Shown one piece after another: positions 1 through 11,399 of a stretch of 64,000 nucleotides of DNA. The stretch covers positions 42,346,001 through 42,410,000 of the forward strand of contig JAGIQG010000009.1 in assembly GCA_024679065.1 (NCBI GenBank), in the 5' to 3' direction. The stretch is from Sphyrna mokarran (taxonomy: Eukaryota). Each line of letters starts with the position of its first letter. Position 1 is the first letter of the stretch. A program made the position numbers and the translations under genes. A model generated the notes under the pieces. It was given only the letters and a program-made list of their open reading frames with translations, made no database searches and was not told the DNA's origin.

Positions 1-1001
1 AGCATTTTCTGTTTTTATTTATTAAAACAAATTGTCTATTTTGGAATGATTGTTTTAAATGGAATTCTACACTCTGCAAATGACCATTTATTGCTTGGAA
101 AGGGGCCTTTTGTCACACATCTGAAGTAAGTGTCAAAATTTCACTTGATTTAGCTCAAAAATGTTATCCCTAAAGCAGCAATCAAAGCCGGGCAATCTTT
201 AAAAAAATCTGTGGGCGTTAACAAAATAGAGGAAAGCCAACCATTCTCTACTGATTTCTTCTAACCAGCAGAGCTTGCCGTCTGCTCAAGGAGAGGAGCT
301 GGGAACTTACACAAACCTCTCAGAAATAACCAGTGGCCTCAGCACTGACCTTATTGACTGACATGCCTATTTAAATCACTCTCTCATAAGGCTGCTTGGT
401 TTTAAAGGGACAGGTCAGATTAAACAAAACTCCACCTCAATCAATAAATGACACAACTTGTGCTCCTGTCTGCAGACTCTCTGAGCAATGCCACAGAAGA
501 TCAGCCAAGTTGTTATAGCTGGACAATTGGAAGCAAACTTTTACTAGTACAATCAGCAATTTGGAACAACACCCAGAGTGTGTTGTTCTAGGCTACTGAA
601 AATGTAAAGCAACTATAGTCTAGAGAAATAGCATTGATTCTCCAACTAAATTTCAACCCAACCACAAGACTAAGCATATTATCCCACAAAACCGGTCGGA
701 TGAGTACAAACTAAAATGTTTCTACTTTTTTATTTTCTATATAAATCAAATTAAGCTTAAAAGATTGCAAGTCATTTATGCCTGACCAAGGGTGTCAACT
801 GGAGACAAAGTAGAAACAGCATAGATCAAAATAGGGTGTGATCTTGGATGTTTCAGTGCTACTTAGCTCTGCAGCACAGTTGATTTACAACTGTAGTTAA
901 CTGTTATTGTAGATTTATTTTGCATTTCTGTGGCTGAGTGTTGACCATGCACAGGAGAAACAAATACCAGTAGCTTTGCCATAGTCTCTATTCATTTTTA
1001 T

Positions 1002-1297
1002 ACATAGAACCTCACAGTGCAGAAGGCCCATCAAGTCTGCACTAATCACAATTCCACCTGTGCCCGATCCCCATAAACCTACTTATTTACCCTACTAACC
1101 CCCTGACACTAAAAGGCAATTTAGCATGGCCAATCAAACAAACCCACACATGTTTTGGAGTGTGGGGAGAAACTGGAGCACTTGGAGAAAACTCATGCAG
1201 ACATGGGGAGAATGTGCAAAATGCACACACTGACAGTGGCCAAAGCTGGGAATCGAACCTTGGCACCCTAGCGTTGTGAGGCAACAGTGCAAACAGC
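1002..1297 (-). mobile_element. HE1-type V-SINE with CR1-derived tail
   Basis: Minus strand has a B-box-like GGTTCGATTCC, the V-domain (ttctccccatgtctgcatgagttt...gctccagtttctcc) and a ...gcactgtgaggttctatg tail. Confidence 0.85.
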
Positions 1298-1479
1298 CCC
1301 TTGATTTATCCTGCCCAAAATGACTGAGAACTTTCTACACAGATTAAATTAATATTCAATTGACTATCTATTCACATCATCATTTTTTTGTATTTGTTCT
1401 CAGAATATGATCAATTCTGACAAGATTTTATTTATTGGCATTGGCCTTTTCCTTAAACTGTTGCCACTTGTTTACCAAA

Positions 1480-1970
1480 AACATTCCCACATTGATGCTG
1501 GGGAAAGAGTATCTGGATATTGGGTCAGTGACAATAAAGCAACTGTCCATGTCAGGACAATCCCACCTGGAGATGATGATGTGTCCATCATATTGTTGAT
1601 CTTCTACTTCTTAATAATCTCAGCAGAAAGAGGTGCTGCCGTAGTTGTTGCACTGCATCTTGTAGATCATACATGCTACAATTTTATTTGCTTAGTGGTG
1701 GAGAGAATGAATGTTCAGTCCAGAAACAGGGGCACTAATCATGCAAGCTGCCTGTAGTGGAACTGTCAGCATTGATATAGATGCATTAGTTCAAGCAAGT
1801 GGAAAGTAATCCTGACCTGGGATTCTTGATGTTTGGGAAAAGGAGCTATTTGATTTTTTTAAAAAAACATATTCAGTCATGGGATAGGAGTGACCCAGCT
1901 CAGCCTAATTTAAGTGCCTTTGAGAAGCTGGTGATGAGCTATCTTCTTGAACCGCTGCAGTACATGTGAT
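1480..1970 (-). mobile_element. Decayed CR1-clade LINE 3' fragments
   Basis: Similar to the better-preserved copy at 16810-17250, e.g. gagaagctggtgatgagctatcttcttgaaccgctgcag. Confidence 0.6.
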
Positions 1971-2198
1971 AAAATGATTATATCCTTTGAGCCAACTGCA
2001 ATGGTGATTTTAATAATGACACTACTTAATTTGCAGTTTTTGCAGCAAATGATTATTTGGATTACTCGTTTGCGGTCTTGAGCACAACCAAAATTAGGTA
2101 GATACAGTCATACAAACCATAACCATACTGTATGGAGGTGAGAATGGGCTAACAAAGTCCATACTGATCTCAAAACAAACAAGACAAGTTTATGGAAA

Positions 2199-2385
2199 GA
2201 AAAACTTGAGAAACTCAGCAGGTCTGACAGTATCTGTGGTGAGAGAATAGAGTCAACTCTTTCTGAGTCTTCCAGACTTGAAATATTGGCTTTATTCTCT
2301 CTTCACAGATGCTGTCAGACCTGCTGAGATTTTTCAGCATTTTCTGTTTCTGTTTCAGATTCCAGAATCTGCAGTATTTTGCCTT
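2199..2385. mobile_element. Short palindromic Penelope-terminus-derived non-autonomous element
   Basis: Inverted arms ctcagcaggtctgacagtatctgtg / cacagatgctgtcagacctgctgag. The centre keeps gagtc-ttcca-gactt-GAAA, a hammerhead stem II remnant. Confidence 0.7.
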
Positions 2386-2498
2386 TACCTTACCATAAGT
2401 GTTCAGTATCCAGAATTATAAATGTATAACAACCTGAATATTGCCAATGTTAGCCAAAACAATGATAAAGTACATATTAACATCAACAATAAATACTA

Positions 2499-2625
2499 TA
2501 GCTGGAATTTTACTAATTTGCCCACCTCAAGAATTGGAGTGCGTGAGGGGTTTAGCTTGGAAAGGTTTGTTGACCTCAGGCAGGATTTTATGATTTTGGG
2601 ATGAGCAAGGCAGTAAAATCCCATT
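2499..2625. mobile_element. Decayed MITE, probably Harbinger-type
   Basis: Inverted termini ggaattttact ... agtaaaatccc. Confidence 0.4.
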
Positions 2626-2663
2626 CTATATCCTTTGCCAATTTCGAATATATTTATTTTTAA

Positions 2664-2975
2664 GTTTAAGCTTATTTATTAGTGTCACAAGTAGGTTTAC
2701 ATTAACGCTTCAATGAAGTTACTGTGAAAATTCCTGAGTCACCATACTCAGGTGCCTGTTCGGGTACAGTGAGGGAGAATTTAGCATGGTCAATGCACCT
2801 AACCAGCACGTCTTTCCGGCTGTGGAAGGAAACTGGAGCACCAAGAGGAAACCCACGCAGACACAGTGAGAATGTGCTGCTTAGGTGCATTGACCATGCT
2901 AAATTCTCCCACACTGATAATGACCCAACTGTGAATTGAACTTTTGTCACAAGCCACTGTGCCACCATCCTGCCC
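2664..2975 (-). mobile_element. V-SINE with non-CR1 tail and internal inverted duplication
   Basis: V-domain plus tail cagtaacttcattgaagcgttaatgtaaacctacttgtgacactaataaataa, shared with the copies at 11400, 18505, 53900 and 57610. Confidence 0.85.
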
Positions 2976-3099
2976 TGTTGCAGTAGTAAGTTTAACCACT
3001 GCTCAAATCACCGCACTTCCACTACTTAACTACCTGCAATCCCTATCAATCAGATCTCATACCTAACAGACGAACTCTGTGCCGTCCCATTATGTTATG

Positions 3100-3210
3100 T
3101 AGAAAGAAAGACAGACTTGCATTTAGAAAGCACCTTTCATGACCACTGGACATTTCAAAGTACTTCTCATTAATGACGAACCTTTGAACAATGTCGCTGT
3201 TATAATGCCC
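3100..3210 (-). mobile_element. SacSINE1/DeuSINE-like 3' fragment
   Basis: agacttgcatttagaaagcacctttcatgacc, shared with 56805 and (reverse) 22885-23052. Confidence 0.6.
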
Positions 3211-3619
3211 TGATATCATATTGATATTATGTACAACCACCAAACAAAGTTCAATTACATGGAATTAACAGCACAGGGACAGCTCATCTGACCCAAATGC
3301 TTTATGCCATTCTTAATGCTCCACAAGACTCCTTGCACCTTATTTCCTTCCAACCTAACAACATAGGTTGGGGTGGCACAGTGGTTAGCTCTGCTGCCTC
3401 ACAGTGCCAGAGACCCAGATTCAATTCCAACCTTGGGTCATTGTCAGTATGGAGTTTGCACAATCTCCCTATGTTTGTGTGGGTTTCCTCTGGATGCTCC
3501 AGTTTCCTCCTACAGTCCATAGATGTGTGAGTTATGTTGATTGGCCACGCAAAATTAATCCTAATGTCAGGGGATTAGCGGAGTAAATATGTGGAGTTAC
3601 GGGGATGTGGCCTGGGTGA

Positions 3620-3905
3620 GACTGAAAGAGTACAATGGACACGAGAGAAAAAGACAGAGTGAGGTAGAGAGAAAGTGAGAGGGAGTCAGACAGACAAATA
3701 AATAAGAGGGAGACAGAGATGGAGTGGGAGAAGGAGAGTGAGACTGAGAGGGGGCAGGAAAGACAGAGGAAGAGGGTAGAGAGAGTGACAGTGAGAGAGG
3801 GGCAAAGAGATGGAAAGAGACAGAGAGAAACAGAGAGAGAGAGAGAGGCACAGACATACAGAGAAAGACAGATAGGGAAAGAGACGCACAGAAATACAGA
3901 AAGAG
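3620..3905. repeat. Degenerate (GA)n / GAGACA purine-rich microsatellite
   Basis: About 285 bp of GA-rich simple sequence, seen directly. Confidence 0.9.
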
Positions 3906-3961
3906 ATTTAAATCATTTAAATTTAAATGATTTAAATTCATTTAATAATGAATTTAAAGAT

Positions 3962-4617
3962 AACATAGAACATAGAACATAGAACATAGAACAATACAGC
4001 ACAGAACAGGCCCTTCGGCCTTCGATGTTGTGCCGACCAAAATAAAAAGCAATGCCCCTCCAAACTAAACCATTCCCTTCTCTTCCATATACTTATCAAT
4101 TAACCTCTTAAACGCCACCAAACTTGTCGCATCTACAACAGCTGCAGGCAGGGCATTCCACTCCCTAATCACTCTTTGAGTAAAGAACCTACCTCTGATA
4201 TCCGTCCTATAACTCATACCCCTTGATTTAAAGCTGTGTCCCCTCGTGCTAGCTTTCTCCATCCTAGGAAAAAGGCTATCACTGTCCACCCTATCTAAAC
4301 CTCTAATCATCTTATATGCTTCAATAAGATCCCCTCTTAGCCGCCTCCTTTCTAACGAAAACAACCTCAAATCCTTCAACTCTCTTCATAGGACCTGCCC
4401 TCCATACCAGGCAACATCCTGGTAAACCTCCTCTGTACCCTCTCCAATGCCTCCACATCTTTCTTATAATGTGGCGACCAGAACTGCACACAATACTCCA
4501 AGTGCGGCCGCACTAGCGTTTTGTACAGCTGCAACATGATGCTGCGGCTCCTAAATTCAATCCCCCTACCAATAAAAGCTAAGACTCCATAAGCCTTCTT
4601 AACAACTTTATCCACTT
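3962..4617 (-). mobile_element. Young 5'-truncated CR1 (HER1-like) LINE, ORF2 C-terminus with one frameshift
   Basis: ORFs LYKTLVRPHLEYCVQFWSP and LFSLERRRLRGDLIEAYK...FFTQRVIREWNALP; 3' end ggccgaagggcctgttctgtgctg followed by (ttctatg)n. Confidence 0.95.
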
Positions 4618-5164
4618 GACTGCCTAAATAACAATGAGGTGCACTTATTGGAATATGGGCTGAATGGCCTCCTTCTGCACCGTAGGGATTTTATGATATC
4701 TTTCTTGTCCTTTCTTTCTCATGTGTTTATGCAGCTTCCCCTTAAATGCATCTTTCTTATTTTCCACAACTATTCCATGTGGCAGTGATTTCCACATTCT
4801 AACCACACTTCGAGTAAGGAGGTTTGTCCTGAATTCCTTGTTGAATTTATTCGTGACTATCTTATATTTCTATCTTCTAATTATGAATGTATGATAGCTG
4901 TATTTCTTTTCCCCTGGAGCAAGGAACAGTCGATCTTTACATTCATGGCTGACTGTAGTTAGAAACATAAATTACTGTTCCCTAAACAGAATGGCATAAA
5001 TTCCTCACAATAAACTGGGGTTAATTGACTTTTGCTCACTTTCAATTAATTAGAGGTAGACTAGACAAGTTTACCTCAATGTAGATATCCAACATATTAC
5101 ATTTTTGGAGGCCTAAATGAATACTTTAAACCTAAAATAAACTTCACAAAACCTCCTATGTTTT

Positions 5165-5535
5165 TCTTTCTTTATTCTTTCATGGGACATAAACATTGCT
5201 GATAAGGCCAGCACTTATTGTCTTTGAACTGAGTAGCTTGCTGCACTATTTTAGAGTACAATTAAGAGTCAATCAATTTGCCATGCATCAGGAGTCACAT
5301 GCAAGCTAGGTCAGGTGAGAATGGCAGGTTTCCTTCCCTAAAGGATATTAGTGGACCAGGTGGGTTCTTATAACAATCAATGATAGCTTCATGATCCATT
5401 CACCATTTCTGAGCTTTATGTTCTAAATTTATTAATTTAATTTTAAGCTCCACGAGTTGCCATGCTTGGATTTGAACCGATGTCTCCAAGGAATTTGTCT
5501 AGGCATCTGAATTACTGGTCCAGTGCTATTACCAC
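5165..5535 (-). mobile_element. tRNA-headed SINE with CR1-clade tail (second SINE family)
   Basis: A-box-like tagtgcagtggtaa and B box ggttcaaatcc on the minus strand; same family as 34075 and 44368. Confidence 0.75.
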
Positions 5536-5569
5536 TGCACTATCATCTCTGCCATCAATTCTTGTCAAC

Positions 5570-6065
5570 GGTAAGTAGGGTTTGGGAAGTCAGGAGCTGA
5601 ATTACTCACTACAGAATTCCTAGCTTCTGACCTGCACTTATAACCACAATGTTCATCTGGCTCAGATTCTGATGAGTTGTGACCCAGCAGATGTTGATGA
5701 TAGGAATTCAATTGTGAATGGTACTGAACACTGTAAACATTCCCATTTCTGACCTCAGGATGGAAAGAAGGCTATTGATGAAGCAGCTGTAGATGGTTGG
5801 GCCTAGGGCACTTCCCTCAGGAACATCTGCAGCGATGTCCTGGGGCTGAAATGATTGAAGTCTAACAATCACAACCATCTTCCTTTTGTTTTGATTTCAA
5901 CCTGTGCAGGCCACCGCTCTCTCCCTCAACCCTCCCACCCCACCCCACATTTCCATTGGCTTCAATTTTACTGGGGTCCCTTGATGCCACACTTGGGCGT
6001 ATTCTGTATTGACGTTAGAGGATTGACTCCCGCCTCAGCTCTGGAGTTCAAATCTTTTGTGTTCT
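5570..6065 (-). mobile_element. CR1-clade LINE RT fragment
   Basis: Minus translation DVPEGSALGPTIYSCFINSL matches the GVPQGSVLGP motif. Confidence 0.75.
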
Positions 6066-9000
6066 CACATAACTTAAAGCAGAACAGGCTCGATGGGCTG
6101 TATCCTCTCCCGCTGCTACTTCTGCCTACCTGGTGACACAGTAAACAATGCTACTGTATGTTACTCTGAGGCTGAACCATTTCTTTCGCAGGCTTTGCCA
6201 CCTGTTACTTTTCTAAAAGAAGCAAAGCAATAACCTCGCGCTCAGGTATTTTTTCTCCCCTTCCCACCAATGCACACCCCCACCCCCCCAAACAGAAAAT
6301 ATTTGTTTCAGCTAAGTAACCGTGTTGAGATCGATCAGTACTTGTTAATGTTGATTCCTTTCCCTACTCAAGTTACATAAGCTGTCACTGGGAATCAAAT
6401 CAAGCCTAGACCAGCTGCAGTAGAAATCAAACCCCTCTGACACATGATAAAAGCCCGTGCTGAGCCACAAGGTTTCCATTAAAAACAGTCTGCAGCAAGA
6501 TGAACAACTCAAAACCAGCTATTGATCAGCCCATCGATCTTCCGTGGGGGAACCAAGATGGGAAAAGTACCAATCGGGATAGGATTTCTTATTTATTTTC
6601 ATCTCTGGCTTAGTGGTTGCCAAGCTCTGGTCCTCCCAGGCTTAAGCCGTCAGACATTTCTGACGGAACTAGCCAGGATGTCTGACTGAGATAATTCAAG
6701 TTGAAGGCAGACAATCTGCTGTATGAGCTGATTAGCCATTGACTTGGAACTTGACCTGTCTGATCCGTGACAGCAGCTTCTTAAAAGGAAGGCAGCCTGA
6801 TAGAACAAATTCTACAAACCAAGTTGGCCCAGTGATAACAGGAAAGTGACTGCCTCTGTACACTCGGAAATAATCTTTCCTCCTTTTCATTCTCAAATAC
6901 TGGCAAGTAGGGACACACAACAGCACGTAGTACGTGTGAACAATCCAGGACATTTAACCAACTGAAGGGTGCTGCAATCAGCTCGGGATCAAAGGATTAT
7001 AATTGATAAGTTGCTGCATTAAATAAGAGGGCACATTTATCATGCATTTCTTCAGTTCAATTTTGTAATACGAACAGAAGACAAATTTCCTGCAGTTGTT
7101 ATATGCCTAGATATTAACCACACACATTTTGAAATATATCAAAGAAACTGCATTTCAAAGGATCGATGTTTTGCAGAACACTACTATTTACAACTCTGCA
7201 GAACGTGGTGGGCGAGGCTGAAGGAATAATCAACTTCATTGAGAATCCCATCAATTTTTCCCCTTGTACGTTGCCAATCATACAGACATACTATGTAGTG
7301 AGCACAGCCTATGACACTGCTCCCCATAAAATTGGAAAAATGACCAATTAACCAAGAGGCACAATTGGATTTGATGTTAGTTTTTCACCCACTGCAGTCA
7401 AATCAACCTGCCAACCCCAAGCCCAACATTTCCTAACTTACCAAGCTTCATAAACAAGCAGCTGCTGGCTTGTGCAAATGATCCCAGATTTTGGGAAGGA
7501 GTCATCGATGGGTCAGACCATCAGGGATCCAACCAGAAGTTTTACATTTTAAACCATACTTGAATCTTTCTTGAGTGGTTTTGGAAACACAGTACAAACG
7601 TATACTACTTGGCTGAGAAGTTAGCTCCTGACTTCTACATAACACTAACAACGACAAATTCACTACGCATACACCATTGTCTGCTGGGCCCTTAACTGTG
7701 GCATAACAAAATGTTCTGTTCCATGAGCAACAAATTAGTCTGGCATTTCTTCCAGAACACAAAGCTGCAATGGGGTGGGATTGAAATGTGAATGGAATTA
7801 GCATGATACAATAATATCATAATAATTAATATCTTAAAATTGGTAACAACATGTACAAATTACAGTTATGTTTTAAATGGCAACGTTCTCAAGGAAGTTC
7901 TTCAAATGGTGTGATTGTTCTTCAGAACAGGAACAACAATGCAAACAAATTTTAGACATCACTTTATACGCAACTCCTTCTTCAGATAAAAAGCTGTGTA
8001 ATTCTAAAACCTTATTTGGCAGTGGGGGAGGGGAGAAATAATATGTTGTGTTTTAATCTGCTTAAAAATATCATAGTGTTTCACTTTACAATTTTCTATT
8101 TAGTACAAAGGAATACAGGGTTTCAGAGCTCCATGGCCTAAAGAGTTAACAAGTTAGCTGGGTTCTGAAGCAGCTGGCATCGAGCCTATAATCATTCAAC
8201 ATGTCCTTTATCACAGCACATGGTACAGTCTTCTGCCTATTGCTCTGTGCCAGTCTCACGGTCCAGGTGATAGCATAGTGACAATGCACTAGTATTGAAT
8301 TCTTCTACAGACAAAGAATGAGCTCACTCGGAGTGAGCCCAGCTTACTGTCTGCTGCTCATGACTACACAGTCTGTCTGCCGACAGACAAAGATATCGGC
8401 AAGGGAGAGTTTGAATACAGTTTCTGGGTCCCTGCGTTTCAAAAGAGCTGAAAGCCAGCGGCCCGAGGGGTGAGGCTGGCTAGTCGCTGGCATACTTGGC
8501 TGTGCATTGAGCCAGGTGGCCTAAGCATACTGGCAAACGACTGGCATGGAGCCCAATGCAGATGGCTTGCATCACTTTGGTCTTTCCCCATGAAGCCTTT
8601 TAGACTGTGAACACAGATTTCTTTCAGGTCAGAGAGCAGCTTTCAGCACTAAATCAAAGTTCTAATAAATATCCCATTGTCTTATTCTTTGTTCATGCGT
8701 AGCAGAAAAACTTCAAGCTCCATTCTCTATCTTTTCACAACTGACACCCAGCTTGTGGACTATATACCCTACCTGGCCTCCCTGTTTTTTTAAAAAAAAC
8801 ATGCCTTCAGGTTAAAATAATCTCCCCCTGTCCCCACCCCCCACAGTCAGAGCTTTTTATTGAAAGAGAAAATTCTTTCTAGCCTCCCACCGAACGCATT
8901 ATAGATTTCATCAGTCTCTGTGTAGTTTCAGGTTTTGTATAAAACTGCAGATGAAAAGTATATTTATAAAAGAAATACCAGACCCCCAGTGTTATTTATA

Positions 9001-10415
9001 CCATTGCAGGAGGTCCACAGTAAACTACAGGGAAGGATTTCAAACCTTGAATTTTGGATATAAATTATGCTGGAGGCCTTCTAGTCCCTAATTTATTTCT
9101 AAACATTACCTTACTTCATTTAGCACCGTGTGTGCTTCCAGTGTTTAAAACTGCTCTTTACTCCAGATCCATTATTTTTCCCAATGAGGATTTCACGCCT
9201 AATGATTCAATGTATTACAACAAAACTAATGTCTTTGAAAACCGTACAAAAAGGACTTGGGTGTCTTCTATTCGCGAGGGGGGTCTTTCCAGTGTTTCAT
9301 TATTAATGAGGGAGTCATGGCTGCTACGCATTAGTTCAAAGCTGATGACAGCGGAGCAGCAGCAAAACTGCTGGTTCACTTGTATAATATGGGTCACTTC
9401 TACTGATCATCAATACTTGGATTGGGGATAAGTTTCCATTGGTTTCAAGTGGTTGTGTAAGGGCTGGGGGAGGGGGGGGATGGTGAGAAGGAGTCTTCCA
9501 GCATAGTTTTACACCTCTTTACATCATAATTCTGATCAGTCAATCCACATAATGGCCTATGGGCGGAGAGCAAGGCAACCTGTTCACTTGTTCTAGGTGA
9601 CATATGTTCATAACTCAGGTCACAAGAACCAGTACCTGCAGGTATTTTGCCCTTTTGGCAATTTAAAGCCATCTTTAGCTTTCAAATCGTGTTCATCAGA
9701 GAATACATGAAAATTAACTAGTGGCATATTTTAACAGAGGAATGAAATGTCAGTGTCGATCTTTCCCCAATGTCTTTGAGCATCCAATGTGCAGGGCCAA
9801 TGATACAATCTTCAATCAAGTCACCAGAATTCAAAAAAAGTTTAAATACAAATATATATATATAAGCCTGTATCTTTGCACAGTATTTTTATTTAACATG
9901 GTTTTTACATTACAGCGAGGTTTCAGAAGTGGAAAAAGAAAATGCAGTATTTTTCATTGTAAATTCAATTATGGAATGGACAAAAAGTTATAAAACGCTC
10001 CTTAAAAAAATGTTTTCAATCAGTGCTACAATGTCCTATTAATGGAACAAAACAATTAATATATAATACTTTCTGCAACTCTGCTATTTACATGCCAGCT
10101 TATTATGTTGAAATAGCTGAAAGTGTTTTACATGGTAAATTACTTTAAACCCTGCCTTATTTCAGTAAATGATGTCCCACCATTAGTAATGAGATGAAAA
10201 TTATCTCTATTTCAGGGAAGAACAGCATCTGATCTTCCAATTAGGCACTTTATAGCCTCCCAGACTTAACACTGAGTTCAACCATAATTCACCCCATTCC
10301 CATCAAATTATTTTTTAAATTTATTTTCATTTCTTCTATTGTTCCATTTTTCAATTTTTTAAAAAACCTCACTTTCCATCTTTTTTTCCCCTCACCAATA
10401 TCTCCGCAATTTTCT

Positions 10416-10745
10416 AAATGGGAAAATAATTTAGAAACCAGAAACACAAAGGGACTTAGGAGTCCTTGTTCAGGATTCTCTCAAGATTCACGCACAAATT
10501 CAGTTGGCAGTTAGGAAGGCAAATGCAATGTTAGCATTCATGTCGAAAGGGCCAGAATACCAGCACAGATTTGTACTTCAGAGGCTGTACAAGGATCTGG
10601 ACAGACCCTACTTGGAGCACTGTGAGCAGTGTTGGGTCCCATATTAAGGAAGGATGTACTGGCCTTGGAAAGGGTCAAAGGGAGGTTCACAAGAGTGATC
10701 TCTGTAATGAAGAGCTTGTCGTACGAGGAACAGTTGAGGACTCTG
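10416..10745 (+). mobile_element. CR1 ORF2 fragment
   Basis: RDLGVLVQDSLK, RKANAMLAF, RKDVLALERVKGRFTRVI...SYEEQL. Confidence 0.9.
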
Positions 10746-10977
10746 TTACCTCTTTCAGGTTATCCACTGGCGTATTGCTTACCTTTGTTCTGCCATTTAC
10801 ACATGTTGATTTCTTAATTTGCTGCCATCAGCATTCTTCTTAACCATGATCAGCACCATCAACATTCTCTTTGTCTTTTTGTCTAAGACAACTTTGTCAA
10901 TCTCTCTTGGTACACCACTCACTGGCCCTCTATCCAACTCCACAGCTTTCTGCCTCCCCACCATTTCAATTGTCTTC

Positions 10978-11016
10978 AGCTCTGATGAAGGGTCATCCAG
11001 ATTCGAAGCATCAGCT
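10978..11016 (+). ncRNA. Degenerate minimal hammerhead ribozyme motif (Penelope-type)
   Basis: agct-CTGATGA-a-gggtc atcca gattc-GAAG-catc-agct. Stems I and II pair; GAAA is mutated to GAAG. Confidence 0.55.
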
Positions 11017-11399
11017 CTCTTCACCCTCCATAGATGCTGTCAGACCTGCTGAGATTTTCCAGCACTTTTTATTTGTATTGCAATGGAAGAACTACTTGGT
11101 CTTCTTGAAATAACACCAGGGGATCTTTTGTTCCAAAAGGAATGACTGCTTACTATTTTAGAGACATTGAGGCCATGATCTTCTAATTTTCAAATCAGGC
11201 TAGTTTTTAATTTAAGGGTAAACTACATGGATCGTGGTTATCAGAAGCTACCATGCCATTCAGCTTTCAAGTAGGAAGCCATAAAGAGTTTGTGAGAGCC
11301 ATCCATCCTGTGTGAGAACATGTTCTACATCTCCAATTTAAGATAGAGGTGGAACCCAATGAAATAAAGTGCCTCAGACTCATAAGATTTTTTAAAATT

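Larger units (their letters stand above)
3370..4700 (+). mobile_element. HE1-type V-SINE (body 3370-3625, tail 4655-4700), interrupted
   Basis: Head ggtggcacagtggttagc, V-domain, and displaced tail gggctgaatggcctccttctgcaccgtagggattttatg. Confidence 0.8.
3257..4870 (-). mobile_element. Old CR1 3' end (pieces 3257-3365 and 4700-4870) split by nested insertions
   Basis: Tail-like acatggaattaacagcacag at 3257; ORF2 C-terminal-like ggcagtgatttccacattctaaccac at about 4780. Confidence 0.55.
10216..11075 (+). mobile_element. Penelope-like element 3' part (GIY-YIG C-terminus plus terminal region), split by a CR1
   Basis: EEQHLIFQLGTL*PPRLNTEFN at about 10217-10282; hammerhead-like core at 10982. 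Confidence 0.75.

Noticed and set aside
3597-3982. Low-complexity ORFs rich in L/S or E/R
   Set aside because: Translations of the GA microsatellite.
4065-4615. Two clean RT-like ORFs as a host gene
   Set aside because: Frameshifted, 5'-truncated CR1 ORF2.
7674-7690. cattgtctgctggg, matching part of miR-221
   Set aside because: The seed AGCTACA is absent and there is no evident precursor hairpin.
8340-8592. Possible minus-strand first coding exon (MGKDQSDASH...)
   Set aside because: The frame stops after about 50 codons, before the candidate donor; peptide not recognised.
9054-9431. 125-aa ORF
   Set aside because: TTG start, no recognisable domain, no convincing splice context.
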